NCBI GenBank assembly: GCA_029259155.1
Contig: JAPDJI010000026.1
Coordinates: 1-64,000 of the forward strand
From: Candidatus Methanomethylicia archaeon
Lineage (GTDB): Archaea; Thermoproteota; Methanomethylicia; Nezhaarchaeales; B40-G2
Length of the DNA stretch: 64,000 bases
Direction of reading: 5' to 3'
Position 1 is the stretch's first letter. Each line of letters opens with the position of its first letter. Positions 38,118 through 47,865 of this stretch are shown here, in pieces. The position numbers and the translations under genes were made by a program. The notes under the pieces were generated by a model that was given only the letters and a program-made list of their open reading frames with translations, was not told where the DNA came from and searched no databases.

Positions 38118-38811
38118 GCAACGCTTTCCTAAAAGCTCCAGCCAGTAAAGTAGCTTCACGTTTAGCCAAGAATCCTCTACCCATCAAGTTCTTGAGGGCC
38201 TTCATGGTCAAGTCCAGCTTAGCTCCATGTATACCTGAAGCTACCATTAAACCCTCGAAGTGCTTTAAGGCAGCTTCCACCACTTTTCTATCAGCAGGCT
38301 TAGCGTAGCTCACCTTACCTTTAGCTTTAAACGCTTTATAGAGCTCGTAAAAAACTACGGCGGCCGCTGTAACCACGTTCAATACTGGGTACTTGGGGTT
38401 TGAAGGTATGGTGACTAATACATCACACCTCTCCAACTCCTTATTGAGCAACCCTATGCTTTCCCTGCCGAAAAGCAGAGCTACCGTACCCCTTGGAGCC
38501 TCAGTTAACCTCTTGGCCAGCTCCTCAGGGAAGATCGTGATCCTTCTAAGGTTAGAGGGGCTTCTACTAATTTTCGCCGTGGTACCTACCACACAGTCTA
38601 CGCCCTCTAAAGCCTCGTCTAGGCTTCCTACGATCTTAGCCTTTTCCAAGACCTCAACGCCATGAGACGCGTAAGCTCTAGCTTCAACCCCAACCGTCAC
38701 CTTAGGGTTGACCAAGTAAAGCTGTGTGAGGCCGAAGTTCTTCATGGCCCTAGCCACACCCCCTATATTACCTTCCTTCTCCGGCTCAACTAAGACCACC
38801 CTGATTCTCAC
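38101..38811 (-). CDS. trmJ: TrmJ-family tRNA C32 2'-O-methyltransferase
   Basis: GNIGGVARAMKNFG, FGRESIGL, YPVLN. Confidence 0.92.
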   Translation of the reverse strand: MRIRVVLVEPEKEGNIGGVARAMKNFGLTQLYLVNPKVTVGVEARAYASHGVEVLEKAKIVGSLDEALEGVDCVVGTTAKISRSPSNLRRITIFPEELAKRLTEAPRGTVALLFGRESIGLLNKELERCDVLVTIPSNPKYPVLNVVTAAAVVFYELYKAFKAKGKVSYAKPADRKVVEAALKHFEGLMVASGIHGAKLDLTMKALKNLMGRGFLAKREATLLAGAFRKALLRVSS

Positions 38812-38923
38812 TTCAATTCCCCCTCAAGTTAATCATAGAGGCTACACCTAAACCTTGTCTCGAAAAGGCTAAAGTTTAAATCGAGCTTACAACCCCCTCC
38901 TCCAGAGTTCGAGGTGGAAAAAC

Positions 38924-39436
38924 ATGCCTCTTCGTCCAGCAAAGTGCTACACGAGGCTAAGCGGCCCAGCCTACACTAGGCGAGAGTATATAGGGTCAGG
39001 GCTCCACCCTAAGGTAGTCAAATTTAGGATGGGAAACCCTCACGGAGACTTCGACGTAGAACTTAAGCTAGTAGCGAAGGAGGCTGGGCAGATTAGGCAT
39101 AATGCTTTGGAGGCTGCTAGGCTCATGGCCAGCAAGTTTCTTGCCACTAGGCTCACGGACCAAAGCTACTACCTGATCATTCATACTTACCCCCACCACA
39201 TACTGCGCGAGAACAAGATGATGGCCTTCGCTGGCGCAGATAGGCTACAGGACGGCATGAGGCTGGCTTTCGGAGACCCTGTCGGCTTAGCTGCCAGGGT
39301 CAACTCTGGCAGCGTCGTTATGACGGTTAAGACGAGAAGCGACAAGGTAAATTTGGCTAAGGAGGCGTTGAAGAGGGCAGCCTCTAAGCTACCTATACCT
39401 TGCAGGATAACCATGGAGCCATTGAAGAAGGATTAA
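38924..39436 (+). CDS. rpl10e: 50S ribosomal protein L10e (uL16)
   Basis: RPAKCY, RENKMMAFAGADRLQDGMRLAFG. Confidence 0.98.
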   Translation: MPLRPAKCYTRLSGPAYTRREYIGSGLHPKVVKFRMGNPHGDFDVELKLVAKEAGQIRHNALEAARLMASKFLATRLTDQSYYLIIHTYPHHILRENKMMAFAGADRLQDGMRLAFGDPVGLAARVNSGSVVMTVKTRSDKVNLAKEALKRAASKLPIPCRITMEPLKKD

Positions 39437-39915
39437 GGCGTTTTAACGTGTATGCCCGAGGACACCTCGGGCTAGCCCTCTTAATATCGTTTGGCCTCTT
39501 AGTCCTCCTTAAAGTAAAAGACTTTAATGCTGTACTAGTAGCCGCTATCGCAACAGCGCTCTCGACGCTTCCTGACGTAGATCTTAAGCTTGGGCTTCCC
39601 CATAGGAAGTACACCCATAATGTAACGGTTGGTGTCATCGCGGGCGTGGCTGTCGGCATCCTTTTCTTGGACACCTCCATAGGCTTCTTAGGGGGGTTCC
39701 TAGGAGGGTTTGGAGGGGTCCTCCTACACCTAATAGGAGACGCTTTCACTCATAGAAGCTTCAAGCCGTTCCTTCCTTTTTCAGAGCTTGAAGTAGGGTT
39801 TAAGGTCTTCAGGTCTAGTAACCGTTTAGTCAATGAAGGCTTCTTATGCCTAGGTTTAGCTGTCACGGCACTTTACATCATCATCGTCCACGCCAAGCTC
39901 CTTAACCCTTGGTAA
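39400..39915 (+). CDS. Membrane metal-dependent hydrolase (YdjM/DUF457-like)
   Basis: GH, LPDVD, HRKYTH and HLIGDAFT motifs with TM helices. Confidence 0.88.
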   Translation: MQDNHGAIEEGLRRFNVYARGHLGLALLISFGLLVLLKVKDFNAVLVAAIATALSTLPDVDLKLGLPHRKYTHNVTVGVIAGVAVGILFLDTSIGFLGGFLGGFGGVLLHLIGDAFTHRSFKPFLPFSELEVGFKVFRSSNRLVNEGFLCLGLAVTALYIIIVHAKLLNPW

Positions 39916-40126
39916 TTAATAAGATAACCCTACTGCATGGACGTAGCAATAAAATCTTCGATCACTTGACGCCTTGACCTTAGCCCCTTTTCAACTAACT
40001 AGATACCATTGAAAGCTCCCTGCCCAACGAAATAGGAGGAGAAGCAGTGGTTATATCTAGGACTATAACAATCAATGACTGTGAAGTACATTCGCCCAGC
40101 ATTCATGGTAGAGACAGGGAGAAGCC

Positions 40127-40891
40127 TTGGAACTTGAAGTCATGGTCATCTTAACGCAGCTAGGAAACTTCATTACGTGGCTTTTCGCTGCCTTCATACT
40201 TCAATGGAGAGGCAAAGCAAAGGAGGCAAGAACTCTCACCGCTGGCCTACTGGTTTGCTTCATTCTATCTACTGTACTTAAACATTTACTTAAGCTCCCA
40301 AGACCACCCATCGAAGGATGGTTAACAACCGTAGAAGACCCCTATGGGTTTCCAAGCGGACACGCAACAATAGCCTTCTTCGTAGCTACATATTTCTCCT
40401 TGAAAGATAAGAGAGCGTTGATCCTATACCCTATGGCTATCACGGTCGCCTTCACCAGAGTAGCCCTTGGCGTCCATTACATACACGACCTCATCGGTGG
40501 AGCACTGCTTGGCATAGCAATAGCTTTCATCTCTAACTACGCGGAGAAGCTTAATCTAAAGATGGACCCAAAGGTTATCTTAGCGCTAACCATACCTCTA
40601 AGCATCGCGCTCTACGCCGCCTTCCCTTTGAGACCTAGCCTTGCAAGCGGATTAACGTTGGGGCTGGCACTTTCATACATCATTAAGTCTGATGGAAACA
40701 CGCTTAGCCCTCTCTACATGCTTGTAGGTCTCCTACTTGCCGCCCTATTCCTTGTTTGTTACGAATACTCAGGGTTAGTAGTTGTAGAAGTTATTTCCTC
40801 GTGTGCTTTCATCCTATATCCGTTGTCGATACATCCAAAGATCTATGAATCGATGCTTACAGAAGACCTATTGGCCGAGCAAGGAGCCTAG
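40127..40891 (+). CDS. PAP2-family membrane phosphatase
   Basis: K..LKLPRP, FPSGH, TRVALGVHYIHD. Confidence 0.92.
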   Translation: MELEVMVILTQLGNFITWLFAAFILQWRGKAKEARTLTAGLLVCFILSTVLKHLLKLPRPPIEGWLTTVEDPYGFPSGHATIAFFVATYFSLKDKRALILYPMAITVAFTRVALGVHYIHDLIGGALLGIAIAFISNYAEKLNLKMDPKVILALTIPLSIALYAAFPLRPSLASGLTLGLALSYIIKSDGNTLSPLYMLVGLLLAALFLVCYEYSGLVVVEVISSCAFILYPLSIHPKIYESMLTEDLLAEQGA

Positions 40892-40980
40892 AAGACCATG
40901 AACTCAAAAGTTAAGATTCAGCAACAAGGAGTTTCAGGACCGAGAAACTAAGTCGTACCCAATGTCCTTGGGTAAAGGCC

Positions 40981-41685
40981 TTGAACATGGAGGATACACT
41001 AAACTTTGTGAAAGAGCTATTAGCATCCATCCCAGGAGGTAAAGGAGTTGAAGTAAAGGTAAAGAGGTTAAAGCTCATCAATACTAGAGCAGGGTTCTGG
41101 AACAGGAAAATCATAGTTACTCAGGGGTTTCTCAAGGCATTAAAAGAGAACTATCTTGAGATAGATGAAGCTAAAGCTATCTTAGCCCATGAAATAGGCC
41201 ACTTAGAGAGCCCAACGTTCAATAGAAACTTAGCTAAGCTAATGGCCATCGCATCTATGATAGGCCTAGCGTTGATCCTTATATTTAAGTACCTAGTTTC
41301 ACCATTAATCCAAGGGGCTTTAACCTACATCCTATTCCTCATAGCCCAATTGAGTAACAATCTATTCGAAGCCTTAACGCTGTGGTTTTTCATCGCTGTG
41401 ATACCAACTGCGATGGCAACTACATTAATCATAGTCGCAGTCACCTTAATCATCCTAAGACTAATAACCAAGAAGATCTACTGGCCTGAAGAACTCTATG
41501 CTGATCAATACGCCGCTAAGACTGTAGGAACAGAAAGCTTGATCAAGGCTCTATCTAAGATCGCAAAGCAGCATGGTAAACCATTAACTCCCAGTGAAAA
41601 AATGCTCAAAGCGATAGCTAAACTCGTTAAACCACATCCACCACTACACCATAGAATCGAGAAGGCCAAGACTCTTAACGGCTGA
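40981..41685 (+). CDS. M48 (HtpX-like) membrane zinc metalloprotease
   Basis: AILAHEIGH, EELYADQYA, HPPLHHRI, with TM helices. Confidence 0.9.
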   Translation: MNMEDTLNFVKELLASIPGGKGVEVKVKRLKLINTRAGFWNRKIIVTQGFLKALKENYLEIDEAKAILAHEIGHLESPTFNRNLAKLMAIASMIGLALILIFKYLVSPLIQGALTYILFLIAQLSNNLFEALTLWFFIAVIPTAMATTLIIVAVTLIILRLITKKIYWPEELYADQYAAKTVGTESLIKALSKIAKQHGKPLTPSEKMLKAIAKLVKPHPPLHHRIEKAKTLNG

Positions 41686-41766
41686 GGCAACAACTTAAGA
41701 TGCTCTAAAACCTAAAGTTCATACATGGAGATAACGTTAAGATAAAAATATAGGATTGTCGTTATT

Positions 41767-44187
41767 TCATTCAGACCATAGAAGTTCTAGCTTCTCTTCT
41801 TCGCCGCGGCGCTGAAGCTCGGCCAGGCGTTCAAGCATCACCTTACGTTCCACGCTAGCCACTAAACGACGTGTCCGGGTCACCACGTCAGGGTTCACGC
41901 TGATGCTATCAATGCCACAGCGCACTAAGAACTCTGTAAACTCAGGATACACGCTTGGGCCTTGCCCACAGATGCTTACGGTCACGCCGTAGCGGTGGGC
42001 TGTCTTAATTAAATGCTCGATCGCTCGCCTCACAGCTGGGTCACGTTCATCAAAATACCTCGGATCGATCTCTGGTAGAATTTGTGAGTCACGGTCCGTC
42101 CCGAGGATAAGCTGTGTCAAATCGTTGCTGCCGATGCTGAACCCATCAAAGTACTTGCAGAACTCGTCCGCAAGGAATATGATTGACGGCACCTCAGCCA
42201 TAGCCCAAACCTTAAAGTCGCGCCCACGGGGCAGGCCCTCCTCCTCCATAAGCTGTAGTACTTCCTCAACCTCCCAAGTAGCTCTGACAAAAGGCAGCAT
42301 GACCCACACGTTCTTCAATCCCATCTCGTCTCGAACCTTCTTGATCGCCTTCAACTCGAGCCTGAAAGCATCGCGGTACTGGGGGCTGACGTAGCGACTG
42401 ACACCTCTCCATCCGAGCATAGGGTTATCCTCTGATGGCTCATACTTCTCTCCACCTTTGAGCTTACGGTATTCGTTAGTTTTGAAGTCGGAGAGGCGTA
42501 CAACGACTGGTCGTGGATATATTTCGCGGGCTACCATGGCGATGCCTTCAGCCAGCTTATCTATGAACTTTTGTTGCTGGCCTGTTTCGAGAAGGTAGAG
42601 TGGATGTTCGCCTATCCAGCTGGCCATGATGAACTCGATGCGCATAAGGCCTATTCCGTCGAAGGGTAGGTTCTTGTACTCAGTTATCTTCTCGGGGACG
42701 CCTAGGTTCATGTATATCTTGGTGGCTGTGATTGGCGCCATCTCCATAGCCATGAGGGCTGTAGGCGCCGCGGCAGCTGGGGCGGGTGGAGCGGCAGCCG
42801 ATATTACGGCTTCCACCTTACCTTCGTACACTACGCCTGTCTTAGCGTCCACGGTATATTCTTGACCCGTCTTCATGAGTTTGGTGGCATTACCTGTGCC
42901 TACGATGGCCGGTATGCCTAGTTCTCGGCTTACGATGGCTGCGTGACATGTCATTCCTCCATCGTCGGTTACGATAGCACTAGCGACGCGCATGTAAGGT
43001 ACCCAGTCAGGGTTGGTCATCTTGGTAACGAGGATATCCCCTTTATTGAAGCTAGTAGCTAGCTCCTCGGGGCTAAAAGCTACACGGGCAACGCCGTAAG
43101 CTATTCCTGGGCTGGCTGGTAGACCTTTAAGGAGAGGAGCAGCAGTTATCGTCGGGCCAGCTGTAGGCGCTGTGGGTGCAGCGGCTCGCTGGCCCCATAT
43201 GGTTTCTGCTCGGCTTTGAACTATGAAGACGTTTTCTGGGAAGGGTAAGTCACGGTCAATGGCCCACTCTATGTCCTGGGGCCTCCCGTAATGTTTCTCG
43301 ATCTTTATTGCCAGCTCGGCTAGGCGTTTAATCTCGTCTTGGTTAATGCAGGGTTGGCGTCTACGTTCAGGTGGGACCTCTGCGTGGATGGTTTTGCCCG
43401 TGACAGGGTCGCGTATGTACTCTATGGTCTTCTCGGCAATCTCTTGCTCCACAACTTCGAGGGTGTTTTTATCGACGATGAAGCGGTCAGGCGTGACCGA
43501 GCCACTTACCACGCTTTCGCCTAGTCCCCAGTTGCCTTCAATCACTATCTTTGAAGGGTCGCCGGTTACTGGGTGTATGGTGAACATTACCCCGGCAGCC
43601 TTGGAGTTCACCATTTTCTGGACGACCACACTTATCAACACCTTCTCGTGCGGGAAGCCTTTCTGCTGGCGGTAGAAGATGGCTCGCGGCGTAAAGAGGC
43701 TTGACCAGCACTGAACAGTTTTCTCGAGGAGCTCTTCCTCTCCCCTGACGTTTAGGTAAGTCTCCTGTTGACCTGCAAAGCTCGCGTCTGGTAAGTCCTC
43801 GGCGGTGGCGCTTGATCGAACAGCTACGTACGCTTCTTGTAAACCTACCCGCTTAGATAACTCACGGTACTGTTTGACAATAGCCTCCTTTATTTCCTTA
43901 GGCATAGGGGTGGCTTCAATGAACTTACGTATTTCTCGGCTGGCGTCTTCGTAGCCTTTAGGGTCGTTGACCTCCTTAACGTGGTCCTTTATAACCTGAT
44001 ATATGCGTTGAGCTATCCCTGTTTTTTCAAGGAAGAACTTGTAAGCTTGAGCAGTTATGACAAAGCCTGGAGGTACAGGTATGCCCGCGTTGAGCATCTC
44101 ACCTAGGTTTGCCCCCTTACCTCCAGCCTTCGGTATATCCTCCTTCCTTATCTCCTCAAACCATAGGGTAAAGACTGGCAGAGACAT
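41767..44187 (-). CDS. ppsA: Phosphoenolpyruvate synthase
   Basis: GGKGANLGE, VRSSATAED, TCHAAIVSRELG phospho-His, SIGSNDL, SICGQ. Confidence 0.98.
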   Translation of the reverse strand: MSLPVFTLWFEEIRKEDIPKAGGKGANLGEMLNAGIPVPPGFVITAQAYKFFLEKTGIAQRIYQVIKDHVKEVNDPKGYEDASREIRKFIEATPMPKEIKEAIVKQYRELSKRVGLQEAYVAVRSSATAEDLPDASFAGQQETYLNVRGEEELLEKTVQCWSSLFTPRAIFYRQQKGFPHEKVLISVVVQKMVNSKAAGVMFTIHPVTGDPSKIVIEGNWGLGESVVSGSVTPDRFIVDKNTLEVVEQEIAEKTIEYIRDPVTGKTIHAEVPPERRRQPCINQDEIKRLAELAIKIEKHYGRPQDIEWAIDRDLPFPENVFIVQSRAETIWGQRAAAPTAPTAGPTITAAPLLKGLPASPGIAYGVARVAFSPEELATSFNKGDILVTKMTNPDWVPYMRVASAIVTDDGGMTCHAAIVSRELGIPAIVGTGNATKLMKTGQEYTVDAKTGVVYEGKVEAVISAAAPPAPAAAAPTALMAMEMAPITATKIYMNLGVPEKITEYKNLPFDGIGLMRIEFIMASWIGEHPLYLLETGQQQKFIDKLAEGIAMVAREIYPRPVVVRLSDFKTNEYRKLKGGEKYEPSEDNPMLGWRGVSRYVSPQYRDAFRLELKAIKKVRDEMGLKNVWVMLPFVRATWEVEEVLQLMEEEGLPRGRDFKVWAMAEVPSIIFLADEFCKYFDGFSIGSNDLTQLILGTDRDSQILPEIDPRYFDERDPAVRRAIEHLIKTAHRYGVTVSICGQGPSVYPEFTEFLVRCGIDSISVNPDVVTRTRRLVASVERKVMLERLAELQRRGEEEKLELLWSE

Positions 44188-44293
44188 GGTGTATTACCTC
44201 GTGGACAGAGCTGAACCTATACTGAGCGCACGATTTTAAAACTAACCCCTAGCTTGAAGGCGGGGGGCCGGTAGATAATTAGCTACCTAAGGG

Positions 44294-45388
44294 ATGATTT
44301 TGATGGGGCCCTGTTTGATCCCTATCCTAGTCCACTTGGTTAGGAAGGTGACTAGACTTTTTAGATCGATTAAAGCGTCAAGGATTCCTTACGTAGCAGT
44401 AGGCTTCTTGGCTGTAGTACTGTTCAACTCGTTCATGTTCTGGCTTGTTGAAGGCCACGTTCAGGGGTTAAGCTTAATGGACGCAGTGTACTGGGCTTTC
44501 ATAACCACAGCCACCATCGGCTATGGCGACGTGGTCCCCCATAGCTGGGCTGGAAGGATAGTAGCCGTTGAGACCGCCGTGACTGGAATTATAGTGTTCA
44601 CTGCTTTTGTATCTGTTCTAGCAGAGTATTACGCGTCGCTTAGCTACCGGAGGTTAATGGGGTTGCATAGCGTAGGTTTCAAGGAGCACTACGTGGTGAT
44701 CGGTAAGGGGGGCAGCTTGGAAGCGGTGGTGTCTGAGCTCGATGTCAATATGAAGAGCGGCAACATTCCCAGGCGAAGGATAGTAGTTATTGTCCCAAGC
44801 TCAGAGGAGAAGGAGGAGTTATCGATACCTGAAGGGGTAGAGGTGCTGGTAGGAGACCCCTTAATCCACGAAGTACTAGAGAGAGCAAACGTAGAGGAGG
44901 CCGGGACTCTAATAATCGCAGCTGATGACGACTCCACCACAGCCTTAACAATATTGGCTGTGAAGAGGGCTGCGAAAGGTAAAGAGGTGAAGATAATAGC
45001 CGAGGCGAAACGTAAGGAGAGCATACCCTTGATAAGGGAAGCTGGAGCTGATCACGTTGTTTCAACGAGCTGTTTTAGCGGTAGGCTGCTCGCCAGCGCG
45101 GCTTTCGAAGCTCCAGTAGCAATGCTGCTTGACGACATATCTACAGCTGTCAAAGGCAAAGACCTCGCAGTCATATCAGCAAAAAGGTTTAAGGGTATGA
45201 AGTACGTCGATGTCTTCCATGAGTTGATGGATAAGCACAACATAATGCCAATAGCCGTGGTTAAAGGTAGGCTCGTGATGTATCCTCCAAGGCTTGACGA
45301 GGAGTTAGTTGAGGACGACGGGTTAGTGGTGCTAGGAGAGGTAGAAAAACTTAGACTTTTAAGGAAGGAAGCTGCTTCCTCGACTTAA
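44294..45388 (+). CDS. MthK-like 2-TM potassium channel with RCK domain
   Basis: Selectivity filter TTIGYGD; RCK motifs GDP, ANVEEA, IIAEA, AGADHVV. Confidence 0.93.
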   Translation: MILMGPCLIPILVHLVRKVTRLFRSIKASRIPYVAVGFLAVVLFNSFMFWLVEGHVQGLSLMDAVYWAFITTATIGYGDVVPHSWAGRIVAVETAVTGIIVFTAFVSVLAEYYASLSYRRLMGLHSVGFKEHYVVIGKGGSLEAVVSELDVNMKSGNIPRRRIVVIVPSSEEKEELSIPEGVEVLVGDPLIHEVLERANVEEAGTLIIAADDDSTTALTILAVKRAAKGKEVKIIAEAKRKESIPLIREAGADHVVSTSCFSGRLLASAAFEAPVAMLLDDISTAVKGKDLAVISAKRFKGMKYVDVFHELMDKHNIMPIAVVKGRLVMYPPRLDEELVEDDGLVVLGEVEKLRLLRKEAASST

Positions 45389-46199
45389 GAGGCTTGTTTT
45401 TAAGGAAAATGATTTCAATGAATAGGTTTCCGACTACCAAGACCGTTGCTAACACGAGCAAGACCAAGGTCTTCTTCCTCAAAGATAGGCATTGGCCAAT
45501 AACGATAAAGTAGGTTGATATGAAAAGCCCGCTAAGAACCACATGTAGTCTATGCTCGGTAATGGTCATTTATTGCACATAATACATGTCTCTGAGAGTA
45601 GAAAAGCTGCTGCGAGGAAACACGTAGCGGAGACCCACTTAACCCCCCTTCGCCACCGGTAAATCAATCCGTAACCTATCATAGCAAGAAGAACAGGAAA
45701 CAAGTATGCTAAGATACCTTGCTCAGGAACCACTCTTCCGATCTCAAAAAACCAGTGTCGAGTTCTCTATGTGAACTCTGCCATCGATCTGTACTCTTAG
45801 CTCTGAAAGAGCGTTCCTCATGTAGAGCGTTGCGCTTTTATCAACAGCAATTAACGTCTCCCTAGGCTTAACAAGCTCACTCCCAACAGGAAGACCTGAT
45901 ACACCTTGTTCTAGGCCTTCCAACAACCTTGAATTCTCGATTTTTAGGTAAGCATCTGGTCCTACATAAATACGGTATTCATTTTTATATTAGTGTTTAT
46001 TGTGATCTCAGAGTTCTTAATAATTAGGCTTGCGCCAGGATTAATTATGATGTCCCCGCTCAACGAGATATCCCTATCCACCATCGTTTGGTTTCCTTCT
46101 ATGATAATATCGCCCTCGATGATCTCCGTTGCTGTGACAGTGACTGGGAGGAAAAAGCAAAGCCAAGAACATTAAGGTTATTAGAGCTGACTTATTCAA
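45351..46199 (-). pseudogene. Degraded secreted/membrane surface-protein gene(s): signal peptide, beta-helix-like repeats and TM segments
   Basis: MNKSALITLMFLALL, then after a frameshift LPVTVTATEIIEGDIIIEGNQ...SGDIIINPGASLIIKNS, then after a second frameshift EYRIYVG...LKIENS, then a stop and hydrophobic fragments; AT-rich. Confidence 0.7.
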
Positions 46200-46279
46200 C
46201 AATTAAGCTTTGCCGTTTAGGAGTTAATAATCCTTTTACCTAGCTCCATGTTATGTTTAATAAAGCCAGTAAGAGAAGC

Positions 46280-47230
46280 TCAAGGTTTATCCATGTGGTC
46301 TTCTAAGTCCTTGATACCTTCTCCGGAGATCGCGAAGAAGCACTCCGCTTCAGGTCGGCTAGGGCTATCGAATATCTTAGCCGCTCGACGGTGTCCGTGG
46401 AGCTTCCTAAGCCAAAGACGGTAGGTGCAGCCATGCGCCACTACGTTGCCCCCTACAGGGCGCTGCAACTGGAACGTGGTTAGAGAGTCTGGTACCGAGA
46501 GCACTTGGTTAGTTACCACGACAGCCAGGTTATATACGTCGGCAAGTCTAAGGAGCTGGTGGATGTGTCTATTCAGTCTCTGTTGACGTTCAGCTAAGGT
46601 CTCTCTACCACAAAATTCTCCTCTAAAGTGTCCGACGAGGCTATCTATAACGAGGAGCTTAATCTTCTTCTCCTCTATAACCTTACTCGCCTCCTCGACA
46701 AGGAAAACCTGGTGGTCGCTATTGTAAACCCTAGCATAGATGATGTTGTTTAAGGCCTCTTTTGGATCTAAGCCAAACCTTGAAGCTATCTCTATCAAAC
46801 GCTCAGGCCTAAAAGTACCTTCCGTATCTAGGTAGAGGGCTGAAGCATCTAATCCTCCTCTTGAAAGAGGCAACTGAACCGTTACGCATAGCTGGTGACA
46901 TAGCTGAGTCTTACCTACACCATACTCGCCGCAAAGCTCGGTTATTGATTTGGTTTCAACCCCACCGCCTAGAAGGTCGTCGAGGGCTTTAGATCCGGTC
47001 GTGATGTAACCTATGGACTTCCTCCTCTCCAAGTATTCTAAAGCTGTGGTGAAGCCTAACCCTAAGGTATTCCTCGCTTCCCTACATAGCTCAACAGCTT
47101 CGTCTTCACGTAAACCTGCTACCTCCGCTATCAGTAGCGGTGGAGTAGCGGCTAGAAGCTCTAGGCTTCTAATACCTGCCTTCTCTAGCCTCTCAGCGAC
47201 GTTTAACGGTATGAAGCCTACATCCACCAT
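46280..47230 (-). CDS. radA: RadA-type recombinase (possibly a divergent second copy)
   Basis: N-terminal HhH-like domain, LGFTTA polymerisation motif, GEYGVGKTQ, DTEGTFRPER, TNQV. Confidence 0.85.
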   Translation of the reverse strand: MVDVGFIPLNVAERLEKAGIRSLELLAATPPLLIAEVAGLREDEAVELCREARNTLGLGFTTALEYLERRKSIGYITTGSKALDDLLGGGVETKSITELCGEYGVGKTQLCHQLCVTVQLPLSRGGLDASALYLDTEGTFRPERLIEIASRFGLDPKEALNNIIYARVYNSDHQVFLVEEASKVIEEKKIKLLVIDSLVGHFRGEFCGRETLAERQQRLNRHIHQLLRLADVYNLAVVVTNQVLSVPDSLTTFQLQRPVGGNVVAHGCTYRLWLRKLHGHRRAAKIFDSPSRPEAECFFAISGEGIKDLEDHMDKP

Positions 47231-47343
47231 GTTAATGCGCTTAATTCTTGAGCCAGCATATAACCGAGGTAGGAGCTAAACGTCCTCTACAAGCTATCCT
47301 CACACCCCTGTAGCCGGGAGAAGACCGAAAGTGGAGGGAAAAA

Positions 47344-47670
47344 CTACCTTACCTTTGTTCCGGGAGGGACCTCGCCCTCCACGGTTAGCCAGAAGGGCTT
47401 ACCGCCATAATCTGCAGCCAGCAACATGCCTTTAGACTCCACGCCAGCTATACGTTTAGCCTCTAGGTTAACGAGAGCCACGAAGAGTTTGCCTACAAAG
47501 AACTCAGGTGGATAGTACTGAGCCCCTCCAACCACCATTTCCCGGGTTTCGCCTCCTACATCAACCTTTAGCTTAAGGATCCTAGTCATGCCAGGTATGC
47601 GTTCAGCCTCCAACACTTTCACAACTCTTATGTCTAAGCGTTCAAACTCCTTAAAGGAAATCTCAGCCAA
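47344..47670 (-). CDS. tRNA-binding OB-fold protein (Trbp111/CsaA-like)
   Basis: FKEFERLDIRV, VNLEAKRIAGVESKGMLLA, PPGTKV. Confidence 0.92.
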   Translation of the reverse strand: MAEISFKEFERLDIRVVKVLEAERIPGMTRILKLKVDVGGETREMVVGGAQYYPPEFFVGKLFVALVNLEAKRIAGVESKGMLLAADYGGKPFWLTVEGEVPPGTKVR

Positions 47671-47865
47671 TCCAGGACACCGTTGTTAACTTCGAGGGAG
47701 AAGCTTAAAGGATTTTTCGACACCTCGATCGCTACGGTTATCCTCTTGAAACTCTACGTAAAACTTTGAAGCAAGGCTTATAGGGAGGTGGATTCACGCT
47801 GAGGTGAAAAGCCTGTAATACCTATGAAAACTCAATGTACTGCGCTGTGGCTGGAGGCTTAGATC

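Noticed and set aside
42750-43190. Ala/Pro-rich low-complexity stretches in ppsA as repeats or insertions
   Set aside because: Ordinary flexible linkers flanking the phospho-His swivel domain
47780-47830. CTGA-GGTGAAAA as D'/C' boxes of an sRNA
   Set aside because: No terminal stem, box C or identifiable target
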